Below, piece after piece: positions 10,713-21,069 of a stretch of 64,000 nt of DNA. Made by a program: the position numbers and the translations under genes. The stretch's first letter is position 1, and each line of letters opens with the position of its first letter. Location: positions 3,162,001 to 3,226,000 of the forward strand of contig CDROCS010000506.1 in the NCBI GenBank assembly GCA_977020255.1, written 5' to 3'. This stretch comes from Obrimoposthia wandeli. Taxonomy: Eukaryota. Below the pieces are notes generated by a model. That model had not been told where the DNA came from, ran no database searches, and worked only from the letters and a program-made list of their open reading frames with translations.

Positions 10713-11777
10713 ATGTATAAACGTACTTCCCTGGCGATCATTAGCGCACTGATGTTTAGTTTTTCGAGTTACACCATTCCAGTTCAGGCCAAAGGCGGCA
10801 ATGCTGGGAAAGGCGCTGAGCGTGTGGTTTCTGTCTATACCGAGACGGTGCAATACCATGAAGTCTCACAATCTATCTCGTTAATCGGTAAGTTACAGTC
10901 AACGCAATTTGTCAGCGTCGCACCGGAAGTAGCTGGTAAAGTTGATAGTATCAAGATCACCGCCAATCAAACGGTGAAAGCAGGGCAGTTATTAGTGCAA
11001 CTTGATGACAGTAAAGCACAAGCGGCATTGCTGGAAGCGAAGGCTTATCATACCGACGAGAAACGTAAGCTAAATGAATATTCAACGTTAGTAAAAAGTA
11101 ATGCCATCACCCAAACCGAAGTCTATGCACAATCAGCAATCGTCGCGATTGCACAGGCGCGTTTAGCTGCAGCACAAGCAAATATGGATGATCATTATTT
11201 AACAGCGCCATTTGCGGGCACGGTTGGTTTACTCGATTTTAGCCGCGGTAAAATGGTATCTGTTGGTACAGAGCTGTTAACCCTTGATGACTTATCGACA
11301 ATGCAGCTTGATCTTGCCGTACCAGAACGTTATTTATCGCAATTATCCACGGGTATGGCAGTGACATCAACCAGTCGCGCTTGGGATGGTCAATCTTTTA
11401 AAGGCGAGGTTGTGGCGATTGATTCGCGCATTAACGCTGAAACGTTAAACTTGCGTGTACGAGTTAATTTTGAAAATAAAGATAACCACCTTAAACCGGG
11501 CATGATGATGTCATCAAGTGTGGTTTTCCCTGCGATTAATGAACCTATTATTCCAGTGCAAGCGCTAGAATATTCAGGTACCAAACGCTTTGTTTATGTG
11601 GTGGGTGACGATGAACGTGTAACCCGAACACAAGTATCACTTGGCGCGCGTATTGTTGACCAAGTATTGATTGAAAATGGCTTAGAAATTGGCGACCGTA
11701 TTGTCGTTCAAGGCCTAGTGAACATGCGTAATGGATTGCAAGTGAAAGATTTAACTGGCCAGCAGGAGACTAACTAA
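10713..11777 (+). CDS. RND efflux periplasmic adaptor (MFP)
   Basis: Lipoyl-like GQLLVQLD, APFAG, LKPGM motifs; stop overlaps the start of the RND permease. Confidence 0.93.
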   Translation: MYKRTSLAIISALMFSFSSYTIPVQAKGGNAGKGAERVVSVYTETVQYHEVSQSISLIGKLQSTQFVSVAPEVAGKVDSIKITANQTVKAGQLLVQLDDSKAQAALLEAKAYHTDEKRKLNEYSTLVKSNAITQTEVYAQSAIVAIAQARLAAAQANMDDHYLTAPFAGTVGLLDFSRGKMVSVGTELLTLDDLSTMQLDLAVPERYLSQLSTGMAVTSTSRAWDGQSFKGEVVAIDSRINAETLNLRVRVNFENKDNHLKPGMMMSSSVVFPAINEPIIPVQALEYSGTKRFVYVVGDDERVTRTQVSLGARIVDQVLIENGLEIGDRIVVQGLVNMRNGLQVKDLTGQQETN

Positions 11778-14700
11778 TGTGGTTGTCTGATACCTCAGTC
11801 AAACGACCGGTTGTCGCTATTGTACTCAGCTTATTGCTGTGTGTGTTTGGTGCCGTGTCGTTTAGTAAACTTGCAGTACGCGAAATGCCAGATGTTGAAA
11901 GCCCTGTTGTTACCGTGATGACACGATATGAAGGTGCGGCTGCATCCATTATGGAAAGCCAGATCACCTCTGTTGTTGAAGATCAAATTACCGGTATTAG
12001 TGGCATCGATGAAGTGAAATCGGTCACTCGTAATGGTATGTCACGTATCACCGTGACGTTTGATTTGGGCTGGAATTTAACCGAAGGTGTCAGTGATATT
12101 CGTGACGCGGTGGCCAAAGCGCAGCGCAGTTTACCGGATGAAGCCGACGATCCTATCGTCTCGAAAGATAACGGCAGTGGTGAACCCTCGGTTTATATTA
12201 ATTTAAACTCCACTGAAATGGATCGTACCCAGCTAACCGATTATGCCCAACGGGTATTAGAAGATCGCTTTAGTCTGATCTCGGGCGTGAGTTCGGTTGA
12301 TTTATCCGGCGGTTTATATCAGGTGATGTACGTTAAGTTGTTCCCTGACTTAATGGCCGGTCGCGCGGTCACGACAAGTGATATCGTCGATGCGTTAAAA
12401 ACCGAAAATGTCGAGAATCCCGGTGGTGAAGTACGTAACGATACGACGGTGATGTCAGTACGTACTGCGCGTTTATATGCCCAGCCACAAGACTTTGAAT
12501 ACCTGGTAGTGAGAACCACTAGCGATGGTGCGCCGGTGTATTTACGCGATGTAGCACAAGTTTATGTTGGCGCTGAAAATGAAAGCTCGTCATATAAAAG
12601 TAATGGCATCGTTAACCTGAGTTTAGGTGTGGTGACGCAATCGGACGCTAACCCGCTTGATGTGGCGTCAGCGGTGCATGCAGAAGTCGATAAGATGCAA
12701 GCGTTCTTGCCTGCAGGCATGAGCTTAGCGGTTGATTACGATTCCACTGTGTTTATTGATCAATCTATTTCGGAAGTATACAGCACGCTCTTTATTACCG
12801 GTGGTCTGGTGGTATTAGTCTTGTATATCTTTATTGGTCAAGCGCGCGCGACGTTGATCCCCGCTGTTACAGTGCCGGTATCGTTAATTTCGTCATTCAT
12901 TGCCGCTTATTATTTTGGCTTTTCAATTAACTTGATTACCTTAATGGCGCTGATTTTATCGATTGGTTTAGTTGTTGATGATGCGATTGTGGTGGTGGAG
13001 AATATTTTCCATCATATCGAGCAAGGTGAAAAACCATTATTAGCCGCCTATAAAGGTACACGTGAAGTGGGCTTTGCTGTTGTTGCGACCACCATGGTAT
13101 TGGTGATGGTGTTCCTGCCTATTTCCTTTATGGATGGTATGGTCGGGTTGTTGTTTACCGAGTTCTCTGTGTTGTTGTCCATGTCGGTGATCTTCTCGTC
13201 AGTGATAGCCCTGACATTGACCCCAGTACTTGCCAGTAAAATGTTAAAAACAGAGCAAAAAAGCAGTCGCTTTAGTGTGTGGATGGAAGGGTTATTCCAA
13301 CGCTTAGAAAACGGTTATCGCGGTATTGTTGCTAAAGCTGTGCAGTTTAGATGGGTTGCACCTGTGGTCATTATCGCTTGTGTTGTCGGCAGTTTCTTGT
13401 TGATGAAACAAGTGCCATCACAGTTATCACCACAAGAAGATCGCGGGGTATTGTTTGCCTTTGTCAAAGGCGCGGAAGGCACCAGTTTTAACCGTATGAC
13501 GGCGAACATGGATATTGTTGAATCGCGTTTATTACCGCTTGTTGGTCAAGGCGTTATTAAATCGTTTAATACCCAAGCGCCTGCATTTGGTGGCCGCGCC
13601 GGAGATCAAACGGGCTTTGTGATCATCATTCTTGAAGACTGGGCTGACCGTAGTGTGAGTGCGACTGAAGCGTTAGGCATGGTAGCAAAAGCACTAAAAG
13701 ATATTCCTGATGTGATGGTGCGACCGTTAATGCCAGGCTTCCGTGGTGGTTCGAGTGATCCTGTGCAATTTGTATTAGGTGGCTCTGATTATTCTGAACT
13801 AGAACAATGGGCTGAATTACTGAAAACCAAAGCCGAAGACGCGGGTGTATTAGTCGGTGGCGATCTGGATTATTCAGAGAAAACCCCTGAGCTAGTCGTG
13901 AGCATTGATAAAGAACGTGCCGGTGAATTGGGTATCAGTGTTGATGAAGTATCGACGACGCTTGAGATCATGCTGGGCGGCCGCAGTGAAACCAGTTATA
14001 TCGAACGTGGTGAAGAGTATGATGTGTACTTACGTGGTGACGAAGATAGCTTTAATAACGTCAACGATTTAAGTCAGATTTATATTCGTAGTGCCAAGGG
14101 AGACCTGATCACGCTCGATACGCTGACGACAATCGAAGAAGTCGCATCGGCAAGTCGCTTGTCGCACAATAATAAGCAAAAATCTATTACCTTAAGTGGC
14201 AGCATAGGCGAAGGTTATACGTTGGGCGAAGTGCTAGATTTCTTAGACGCACAATCGGTTGAGTCATTACCAAGTGATATATCTATTGCTTACTCTGGCG
14301 AGTCAAAAGACTTTAAAGAAAACCAAAGCAGTATTTTAGTGGTCTTTGGTCTAGCCCTGCTGGTGGCATATTTAGTATTGGCGGCGCAGTTTGAAAGCTT
14401 TATTAACCCGATGGTGGTGATGTTTACCGTACCTATGGGGGTATTTGGTGGCTTCTTAGGCTTGTATGTTATGGGTGGTGGTCTGAATATTTATAGCCAG
14501 ATTGGTATGATCATGTTGATTGGTATGGTAACCAAAAATGGTATCTTAATTGTCGAGTTTGCCAACCAGTTACGTGACCGTGGTATCGCTATTGAACAAG
14601 CGATTATTGATGCGTCTGCGCGACGTCTACGTCCTATTTTGATGACTGCATTCACTACGTTAGCGGGTTCTATACCGTTAATTTTATCAACGGGTGCAGG

Positions 14701-14944
14701 TTCAGAAAGTCGTATTGCCGTGGGTACTGTGGTGTTCTTTGGTATGGCGTTTGCTACTTTAGTTACCTTGCTGGTTATTCCGGCAATGTACCGTTTGATT
14801 TCGGGTTCAACGCATTCACCAGGTTATGTTGAAGCGATGTTAGAAACGGAATTAGCAGAGCAGGCTGCAAAAATAGCGGCAGCTGAAACCGATAAATCGA
14901 GTGAGCAGATAAATGGCGTACATGTAGTGAAGGACGTGGCTTAG
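11777..14944 (+). CDS. RND efflux permease, AcrB family (Vibrio VexH-like)
   Basis: 1055 aa; GLVVDDAIVVVENI, KNGILIVEFA, RLRPILMT motifs. Confidence 0.95.
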   Translation: MWLSDTSVKRPVVAIVLSLLLCVFGAVSFSKLAVREMPDVESPVVTVMTRYEGAAASIMESQITSVVEDQITGISGIDEVKSVTRNGMSRITVTFDLGWNLTEGVSDIRDAVAKAQRSLPDEADDPIVSKDNGSGEPSVYINLNSTEMDRTQLTDYAQRVLEDRFSLISGVSSVDLSGGLYQVMYVKLFPDLMAGRAVTTSDIVDALKTENVENPGGEVRNDTTVMSVRTARLYAQPQDFEYLVVRTTSDGAPVYLRDVAQVYVGAENESSSYKSNGIVNLSLGVVTQSDANPLDVASAVHAEVDKMQAFLPAGMSLAVDYDSTVFIDQSISEVYSTLFITGGLVVLVLYIFIGQARATLIPAVTVPVSLISSFIAAYYFGFSINLITLMALILSIGLVVDDAIVVVENIFHHIEQGEKPLLAAYKGTREVGFAVVATTMVLVMVFLPISFMDGMVGLLFTEFSVLLSMSVIFSSVIALTLTPVLASKMLKTEQKSSRFSVWMEGLFQRLENGYRGIVAKAVQFRWVAPVVIIACVVGSFLLMKQVPSQLSPQEDRGVLFAFVKGAEGTSFNRMTANMDIVESRLLPLVGQGVIKSFNTQAPAFGGRAGDQTGFVIIILEDWADRSVSATEALGMVAKALKDIPDVMVRPLMPGFRGGSSDPVQFVLGGSDYSELEQWAELLKTKAEDAGVLVGGDLDYSEKTPELVVSIDKERAGELGISVDEVSTTLEIMLGGRSETSYIERGEEYDVYLRGDEDSFNNVNDLSQIYIRSAKGDLITLDTLTTIEEVASASRLSHNNKQKSITLSGSIGEGYTLGEVLDFLDAQSVESLPSDISIAYSGESKDFKENQSSILVVFGLALLVAYLVLAAQFESFINPMVVMFTVPMGVFGGFLGLYVMGGGLNIYSQIGMIMLIGMVTKNGILIVEFANQLRDRGIAIEQAIIDASARRLRPILMTAFTTLAGSIPLILSTGAGSESRIAVGTVVFFGMAFATLVTLLVIPAMYRLISGSTHSPGYVEAMLETELAEQAAKIAAAETDKSSEQINGVHVVKDVA

Positions 14945-14980
14945 TTTTCGTGGCTAGCTATCAACATAGAGACTGACGAT

Positions 14981-15018
14981 AAGGGTAAGTATGATTAACT
15001 TCATGCTTACCCTTTTTT
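14981..15018 (+). terminator. Rho-independent terminator of the RND operon
   Basis: 14-bp stem aagggtaagtatga/tcatgcttaccctt followed by a T run. Confidence 0.8.
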
Positions 15019-15022
15019 GTTT

Positions 15023-15679
15023 TTAATCGGCATGACCAAATAAAAATTCTTCATTGGTTTCTAACCACTGTGGGTATTTCGCCATTGCCTTCGCAAAGCG
15101 TTGGTCTTGTAAATGTTTATTCAGCCAATTACGTAAGTGTGGGAAGGGCGCTTGCAGATACCACTGACGATCAATACGGGCAAACTGACGGATAAGCGGC
15201 AAAATGGCGTAATCAGCTAAACTGACTTGTTCACCAATTAAATAAGTATGTTGGCATAAATGTGATTCGAGCATCGTTGCATAAACTGCACATTGGGTGC
15301 GTAGCTCAATTTCATCATCGGTATGGTAACGCACCGCGTATTTATATTTACTTAATGCAGAAGTAAACACCGTATCGTGAATATCAATCAGGGCGAGCAT
15401 GGCGGGATAGGCCTCCGGCTCATGTCTGTGCAGTAAATCTAATGGGTCACTTTGATGCAGCGCCCAAATCATAATATCTAAGCTTTCGTCAATGACAGTA
15501 CCATCATCAAACACTAATACCGGCACTGTGGCTTTTGGCGATACCGCGAGCATTGCTGCTGGTTTATTTTTCATGACCACTGCACGTAGCATTACCGCTT
15601 GCTGTGCAAGTAATAACCCCAGTCGCGCGCGCATCGCATAAGGACAGTTTTGTAATGAGTATAAAATTGGCAGTGGCAT
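15023..15679 (-). CDS. Glutathione S-transferase family protein
   Basis: LYSLQNCPYAMRAR, PKATVPVL, ESLDIM, SLADYAI. Confidence 0.92.
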   Translation of the reverse strand: MPLPILYSLQNCPYAMRARLGLLLAQQAVMLRAVVMKNKPAAMLAVSPKATVPVLVFDDGTVIDESLDIMIWALHQSDPLDLLHRHEPEAYPAMLALIDIHDTVFTSALSKYKYAVRYHTDDEIELRTQCAVYATMLESHLCQHTYLIGEQVSLADYAILPLIRQFARIDRQWYLQAPFPHLRNWLNKHLQDQRFAKAMAKYPQWLETNEEFLFGHAD

Positions 15680-16025
15680 TTAGCCTTCCTTTTTATTGTC
15701 AGCGTTATGGCATGTTTTTTCTGCCTTGATAGTAACGCACTTACGGTTATTTATGGCTAATTACGATTAATTTTGTTGGAATAAGCAGGGATAGTTGTTT
15801 TAGGCTGTGTGATATCGGGGTTATATGCGTGTTTATAAAGCGTAGTGATATAAAAGTAATACCTAAAAATGCATATTTAATTCAAAATTATTTCATATTC
15901 AAATTTTTAATCGAAAACGCAATATTATATAAAAAATAAAGCCGTATTATGAGCCCATATCAAATTATAAACATATTAATTTATAGAGTGATTTATAAAT
16001 TAGAAACTTAGTTATCGAGGCTATT

Positions 16026-16175
16026 ATGAACAAAGAACAAGTACAATACGTTATTCAATTATTACGCGAAGGCCATTCACTAACTGAAATTACTAAGTTA
16101 GCAAAAATTAACGTGATGTACGTTAGTGTTATCCGTAAGCTGATGGTGATGGATTTACTCAACATTGAAGCATAG
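16026..16175 (+). CDS. 49-aa small protein, copy 1 (HTH-like); absent from the ORF track
   Basis: MNKEQVQYVIQLLREGHSLTEITKLAKINVMYVSVIRKLMVMDLLNIEA; RBS ttatcgagg; paralog at 16445. Confidence 0.8.
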   Translation: MNKEQVQYVIQLLREGHSLTEITKLAKINVMYVSVIRKLMVMDLLNIEA

Positions 16176-16189
16176 TTCATAATACCGAT

Positions 16190-16227
16190 GACAACGCGCT
16201 ACAGTCTCTAGCGCTTTGTCGTTTTTT
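16190..16227 (+). terminator. Terminator after small-protein copy 1
   Basis: gacaacgcgcta-cagtctc-tagcgctttgtc followed by a T run. Confidence 0.7.
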
Positions 16228-16444
16228 CTCGCTTTTTTATAGTCCCTTCTAGCACATCAAAACGCTCTCTAAAACGCTTCTTACTGGCATAATAAAGTAA
16301 CCCGCCACTCTCTAAAGCAAGATTTATAGCACTCGCTATAGCACTGGTAAATTTACGTGTTTGCGGCTGGTTTTATGATAATTTATTGTATTTAGTTGCT
16401 CTTGACGTATGGTGCTAAATTTGAATATGGTTATCGAGGTAATG

Positions 16445-16594
16445 ATGGATAAAAAGCAAGTTCTGTATGTGGTTAAATTATTACGTGAAGGGCACTCACT
16501 GACTAAAATAACTCAGTTAGCAAAAATTAACGTGATGTACGTGAGTGTTATTCGTAAGTTAATGGTGATGGAGTTATTAAATATTGAAGCGTAA
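16445..16594 (+). CDS. 49-aa small protein, copy 2 (HTH-like)
   Basis: MDKKQVLYVVKLLREGHSLTKITQLAKINVMYVSVIRKLMVMELLNIEA; same RBS ttatcgagg. Confidence 0.8.
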   Translation: MDKKQVLYVVKLLREGHSLTKITQLAKINVMYVSVIRKLMVMELLNIEA

Positions 16595-16609
16595 TTGATC
16601 ATATAAATG

Positions 16610-16638
16610 ATAAAGCGCTACAGTCTCTAGCGCTTTAT
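16610..16638. terminator. Hairpin after copy 2, between convergent genes
   Basis: ataaagcgcta-cagtctc-tagcgctttat, perfect 11-bp stem with the same loop as copy 1. Confidence 0.7.
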
Positions 16639-16659
16639 AGTTTTTACCGCTTTATGATA

Positions 16660-16923
16660 TTAAGATGCGGCGATAACTTCGTTATGATGTTGTTTTAATT
16701 GCTGATATAAAACATCTTTTAAATTGGCTCGTTGTAATTTGAGCTGGGTCATATGCTCATCATCAGTCGGACTGCCAGCGATTTCTAATTGGCGAATGTC
16801 ATAATCAAGTATATGGTACTGTTTTGATTTTTCTCTGAACGACTCATTTTTATAGTTTAAATATACGATATCTTGTTTTAATTCTGGAAAGTCAAAAATA
16901 AGTGCATGATTCTCATTTAGCAT
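16660..16923 (-). CDS. YdcH / DUF465 family coiled-coil protein
   Basis: MLNENHALIFDFPE ... LKLQRANLKD pattern; gagg RBS. Confidence 0.85.
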   Translation of the reverse strand: MLNENHALIFDFPELKQDIVYLNYKNESFREKSKQYHILDYDIRQLEIAGSPTDDEHMTQLKLQRANLKDVLYQQLKQHHNEVIAAS

Positions 16924-17547
16924 GGGTTTTCCTCAAGAGTGAAAGTAAACGTCTATAACGCGATTACTACCTTACTATTATCTTATTACTACCTTACTAC
17001 TATAGCACTCCACTATTTACGAAAGTTGACCTAATCGTGGTTACAGCTAAATTCATACTAAAAAATGAGGTTGTTATATTAAAGATTAATTAAGGTTTTA
17101 TCATTGATTTTATTATGTATTATTGTTTTTATTTTTATGGAGTATTATCATTTGAAGGGCTGGCTTTTCAATTAGTAATGGGTTTTTTTTTTACTGGTTG
17201 ATTCGAGAGTTAATTTTTTGAGATATTGCGTCTCATCAAAACCTAATGGCACATCAGCGATTATTTAATCGTAAGATACTGCTTTATAACAATTACATAA
17301 CTATATCCGCGTTGATAGAAATATTGTCGCGATAATTTTAGCTTTCAGTGGAAGTTAAGATAATCATAGTTTGACGGGATTAACAAAAACGCACTTAATT
17401 AAAGTCGTTATACCTATAATTGTATATTCTTATTTATTTAACGACCTATTTCTTAGGCGTACAAATTCATTAAGCCACAGCAGTAGCGACGTGTTTCGCT
17501 ATGAGTTTATGACGTTCAAAGTATCTACTTTGAAATAGGAATGGTAA

Positions 17548-18669
17548 ATGCTTAATTATAGTGAAATAAATAAAATGTTTAATCAAGATGAAGATACGTC
17601 AGTTCATCTTGATGCCCTCTACAATGTGGCGATTAACAACTACCAAGGGTTATCGCGATTGTCGGTTATTTTGATTAAAGATGATCACGCGTCTAATTAT
17701 TTTGTTCGAGACAGACTTACCGCAGATTGTAATGATGAACTTTTTATCAAGAAAGTAAATCAAGAAGGCGGCATCCCTAAAATTATCAAGTCAAAATCAG
17801 AACGTATAATCGATGACTTAGCAGGCTTAGCGTCAAATCCAAGAGCACTTTTTTTATTAAATCATGGCCATCGTAGTAGCTTTTCTTATCCATTGATGTT
17901 TAAAGGGGAGGCGATTGCGATGGTATTTTTCAATGCCTCCGAACTTGGTTTTTTTGCGAAACGTTCGATACAGAAAGATATGCTTTTTTTATCAACTGTC
18001 ATTCATTCTTTGATGGTACGCCAGTTTGAAAAAAAGAAGTTTATCGATATTTCACTGGCGATCGCCTTGAATATGGGTCATGCCAAGGATCCTGAAACAA
18101 AAGGGCACCTGAATCGAATGGAACGTTATAGTGCCAAGCTGGCGTATTTATTGAGTGATAATAAAGAGATAACCCATGAATTCATCCGCCGGATTGAGTC
18201 CTTTGCGGCCTTTCATGATATTGGTAAGTATAAGATCCCCGATGAGATTTTATTTAGTCGTGCGATCTTTACCACTGAAGAACGCGAGATAATGAATCAA
18301 CATTGTGCGCATGGCGTTGATATTATCAATGATGTACTGGGATATTTCCCGGTGAATATGCGCTATGTTGAAGAGTATCGTTTTCTTAAAAATATTATTC
18401 TACATCATCATGAACATTTCGATGGTAATGGTTACCCGATGGGATTAAAAGCAGGTGCGATCCCGCTGGAAGCTCGAATCGTAATGGTTGCAGATGTGTT
18501 TGATGCGTTATTAAGTAAACGTTTATATAAACCAGCTTGGTGTATTGATGATGTGATTGCTTATATGATCGCGCATTCAGGCACTATGTTTGATCCAGAT
18601 TGTGTCCAGGCTTTAATTAATAACCTTGCTGATTTTATTGGAATCTATGAAGCTTATGCAGATGAATAA
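17548..18669 (+). CDS. HD-GYP c-di-GMP phosphodiesterase with GAF-like N-terminus
   Basis: KDPETKGH, FHDIGK, HHHEHFDGNGYP, ADVFDAL. Confidence 0.92.
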   Translation: MLNYSEINKMFNQDEDTSVHLDALYNVAINNYQGLSRLSVILIKDDHASNYFVRDRLTADCNDELFIKKVNQEGGIPKIIKSKSERIIDDLAGLASNPRALFLLNHGHRSSFSYPLMFKGEAIAMVFFNASELGFFAKRSIQKDMLFLSTVIHSLMVRQFEKKKFIDISLAIALNMGHAKDPETKGHLNRMERYSAKLAYLLSDNKEITHEFIRRIESFAAFHDIGKYKIPDEILFSRAIFTTEEREIMNQHCAHGVDIINDVLGYFPVNMRYVEEYRFLKNIILHHHEHFDGNGYPMGLKAGAIPLEARIVMVADVFDALLSKRLYKPAWCIDDVIAYMIAHSGTMFDPDCVQALINNLADFIGIYEAYADE

Positions 18670-18870
18670 CTGTGTAGATGAGTAAATAAAATAGGCCAGT
18701 TGTAACGACCAGTTTGCAAGGTGTAGAGGGTGTTGTCAATGTATAGTATTGATGTACCTCATATCATTAGCTATACGTTCAATTATATTGAACCTTATGT
18801 TAATTTCATTCTAATATTATTAACTAGTATGACAAGTTATACTTATTTCTCTTATAAATAGAGAGTTCCT

Positions 18871-19818
18871 ATGTTTAAATCATTCACAAACTATTCATTC
18901 AAAAAAACTGATTTGTTGTTTATTATTATCGGTCTTTTATGTTTAACCCCCCTTATCTCATCTCCCGTTGCTTTAGTGCTTGGCTTTACGCTAGCGACAT
19001 TAGGCTTAGTACCTACAAGTATTAATTTAAGTACGATCACCAAAAAAGCATTGGCGTATTCTATTGTTGGTTTAGGTTTTGGTATCAATTTAGACGAAGC
19101 GATTGTCGCGACTAAAGAGGGGCTTGGTATTATTGTAACGTCAATATTCTGTACGCTAATACTTGGTTGGTTGTTGACGAAAGCGTTTAAAATTGACAAA
19201 AAAACGGGGTATTTAATTTCTGCCGGTACGGCTATTTGTGGGGGCAGTGCGATTGCCGCTATTTCACCTGCTATCAATGCTAAAAATGATCAAACATCAT
19301 TGGCATTGGCTGTGGTATTCATTCTTAACTCTGTTGCTTTGTTTGTCTTCCCTGTGATTGGACACCTCTTAGAAATGAGCCAGCACGCCTTTGGTGTGTG
19401 GAGTGCGATAGCTATTCACGATACTTCATCTGTTGTTGGTGCTGCGTCTGCTTATGGTGATGAAGCCTTATTAACGGCGACGACATTAAAATTAGCACGG
19501 GCATTATGGATTATTCCAGTGGCATTTATTAGTGCATTGTTGTTTAAAGGCGATAGCAAAAAGATAACGGTGCCGTTCTTTATTTTGTTTTATTGTTTCG
19601 CTATTTTTATTGCTTATGCACTACCTGATTATCAGGTTTTATATCAAGGTATCTTTAATGTGTCGAAACAAGTATTAGTCATGTGTTTGTTCTTGATTGG
19701 TGCTGGTATCACGGTGCAAAAAGTGAAAGACGCGGGTGTAAGACCATTAGTACTCGGTGTACTGCTGTGGATAGTCATCAGTGTCAGTTCATTGGTGTAC
19801 ATTCTATATTTTATGTAA
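18871..19818 (+). CDS. YeiH family putative sulfate exporter
   Basis: Multi-TM; [29 protein letters not shown]. Confidence 0.9.
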   Translation: MFKSFTNYSFKKTDLLFIIIGLLCLTPLISSPVALVLGFTLATLGLVPTSINLSTITKKALAYSIVGLGFGINLDEAIVATKEGLGIIVTSIFCTLILGWLLTKAFKIDKKTGYLISAGTAICGGSAIAAISPAINAKNDQTSLALAVVFILNSVALFVFPVIGHLLEMSQHAFGVWSAIAIHDTSSVVGAASAYGDEALLTATTLKLARALWIIPVAFISALLFKGDSKKITVPFFILFYCFAIFIAYALPDYQVLYQGIFNVSKQVLVMCLFLIGAGITVQKVKDAGVRPLVLGVLLWIVISVSSLVYILYFM

Positions 19819-19874
19819 AAATTGATTATTAATCATAAATTGGCATAGGCATAAATAGCCCTATAAATAGAAAT

Positions 19875-19904
19875 AAAAAAGGAGGTTTAGCAACCTCCTT
19901 TTTT
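19875..19904. terminator. Bidirectional terminator
   Basis: aaaaaa-ggaggtt-tagc-aacctcc-tttttt. Confidence 0.85.
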
Positions 19905-20056
19905 CATGTCCGCAGATTGCTTTTTTTAACGCTGAATAAATAACTAATTAATAATGTAAATGCGACAAGATCTAGCGCTGATGATGTTAGCCCTTGGGTA
20001 AATACCGACAGTAATATACATAAAAACACCAGTGTAATTATTAACTTATTGGTCAT
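19904..20056 (-). CDS. 50-aa hydrophobic small protein; absent from the ORF track
   Basis: MTNKLIITLVFLCILLSVFTQGLTSSALDLVAFTLLISYLFSVKKSNLRT; aaggag RBS; stop abuts the bidirectional terminator. Confidence 0.65.
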   Translation of the reverse strand: MTNKLIITLVFLCILLSVFTQGLTSSALDLVAFTLLISYLFSVKKSNLRT

Positions 20057-20232
20057 AACATTAGCTCCTTTTATTAATGCTTAGACATATTATTGGAGCA
20101 AAGAGGGTTAAATAGGAAATACCGTAAACGAATAACTCATAACTAATTGTAAATCCTTGGGTACTCAACACATTGTTTTCATGTTTCTTACGCTATTCTT
20201 GTTAGGCGAAATTTGAATTTGTGAGGTTGGTA

Positions 20233-21054
20233 ATGAAGGACACACCACATGGTCTAATTAAGGGCGAAGTGACAGGGCGGGTTAACTGGACGGATAGCGA
20301 ATTCAGTTTGCAGGTCACTGCCGATATAGCATGCTATACCGCGGGGCAATTCACTAAATTGGCACTATACGATGATAGTAAAAACGATTGCGGAAACGAG
20401 AGTAGAAATGAGAGTGGAGATGATAAGGGTGAATGGATCCGCAGGGCTTATTCATTTGTTAATTCCCCAAATCATGCGCTAGGTCAGCAAGTGATGGAGT
20501 TTTTGATTATCGCTGTACCAGAGGGACAATTGTCATCACGATTAGAGAGGTTACAAGTGGGTGATGATGTGTATGTCGGTAAAAGTCCCGCTGGTTTTAT
20601 GACCCTAGATGAAATACCGCGTTATACAAAAGATTTATGGCTATTGTCTACTGGCACCGCGATTGGCCCTTTTTTATCCTTGCTTGACGAAGTCGAGACC
20701 CAGCAACGTTTTGATAATGTGGTATTAGTACACGCGGTAAGAACGTCTGCTGAGTTAGTCTACCAAGATAAAATACAACATCTTGAAGAAAGGTATCAGG
20801 GCAAGTTTCATTATGTGCCGATTGTGTCTCGTGAAAATAGAAAAGATACATTACGCGGCCGTATTCCCGCACTATTAAAATCGGGTGACTTGGTTGATGC
20901 TGCCGGTATTGCACTGACGACTGAGCGTAGTTTTTTCTATTTGTGTGGTAATCCCAGTATGGTGAAAGACACGAGTACGGTGTTGAACGAGCTTGGATAT
21001 CAAAAACATTCACGTCGTAGTGCTGGGCATTTCAACTCAGAGAATTATTGGTAG
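20233..21054 (+). CDS. fpr: Ferredoxin/flavodoxin-NADP+ reductase
   Basis: AGQFTKL, RAYS, STGTAIGPFLS, YLCGNP, C-terminal ENYW; polar ~18-aa insert. Confidence 0.92.
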   Translation: MKDTPHGLIKGEVTGRVNWTDSEFSLQVTADIACYTAGQFTKLALYDDSKNDCGNESRNESGDDKGEWIRRAYSFVNSPNHALGQQVMEFLIIAVPEGQLSSRLERLQVGDDVYVGKSPAGFMTLDEIPRYTKDLWLLSTGTAIGPFLSLLDEVETQQRFDNVVLVHAVRTSAELVYQDKIQHLEERYQGKFHYVPIVSRENRKDTLRGRIPALLKSGDLVDAAGIALTTERSFFYLCGNPSMVKDTSTVLNELGYQKHSRRSAGHFNSENYW

Positions 21055-21069
21055 TGAGGCTGGTAGTCT

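Noticed and set aside
16924-17547. c-di-GMP riboswitch upstream of the HD-GYP gene
   Set aside because: I could not find the c-di-GMP-I core motifs; only short generic hairpins
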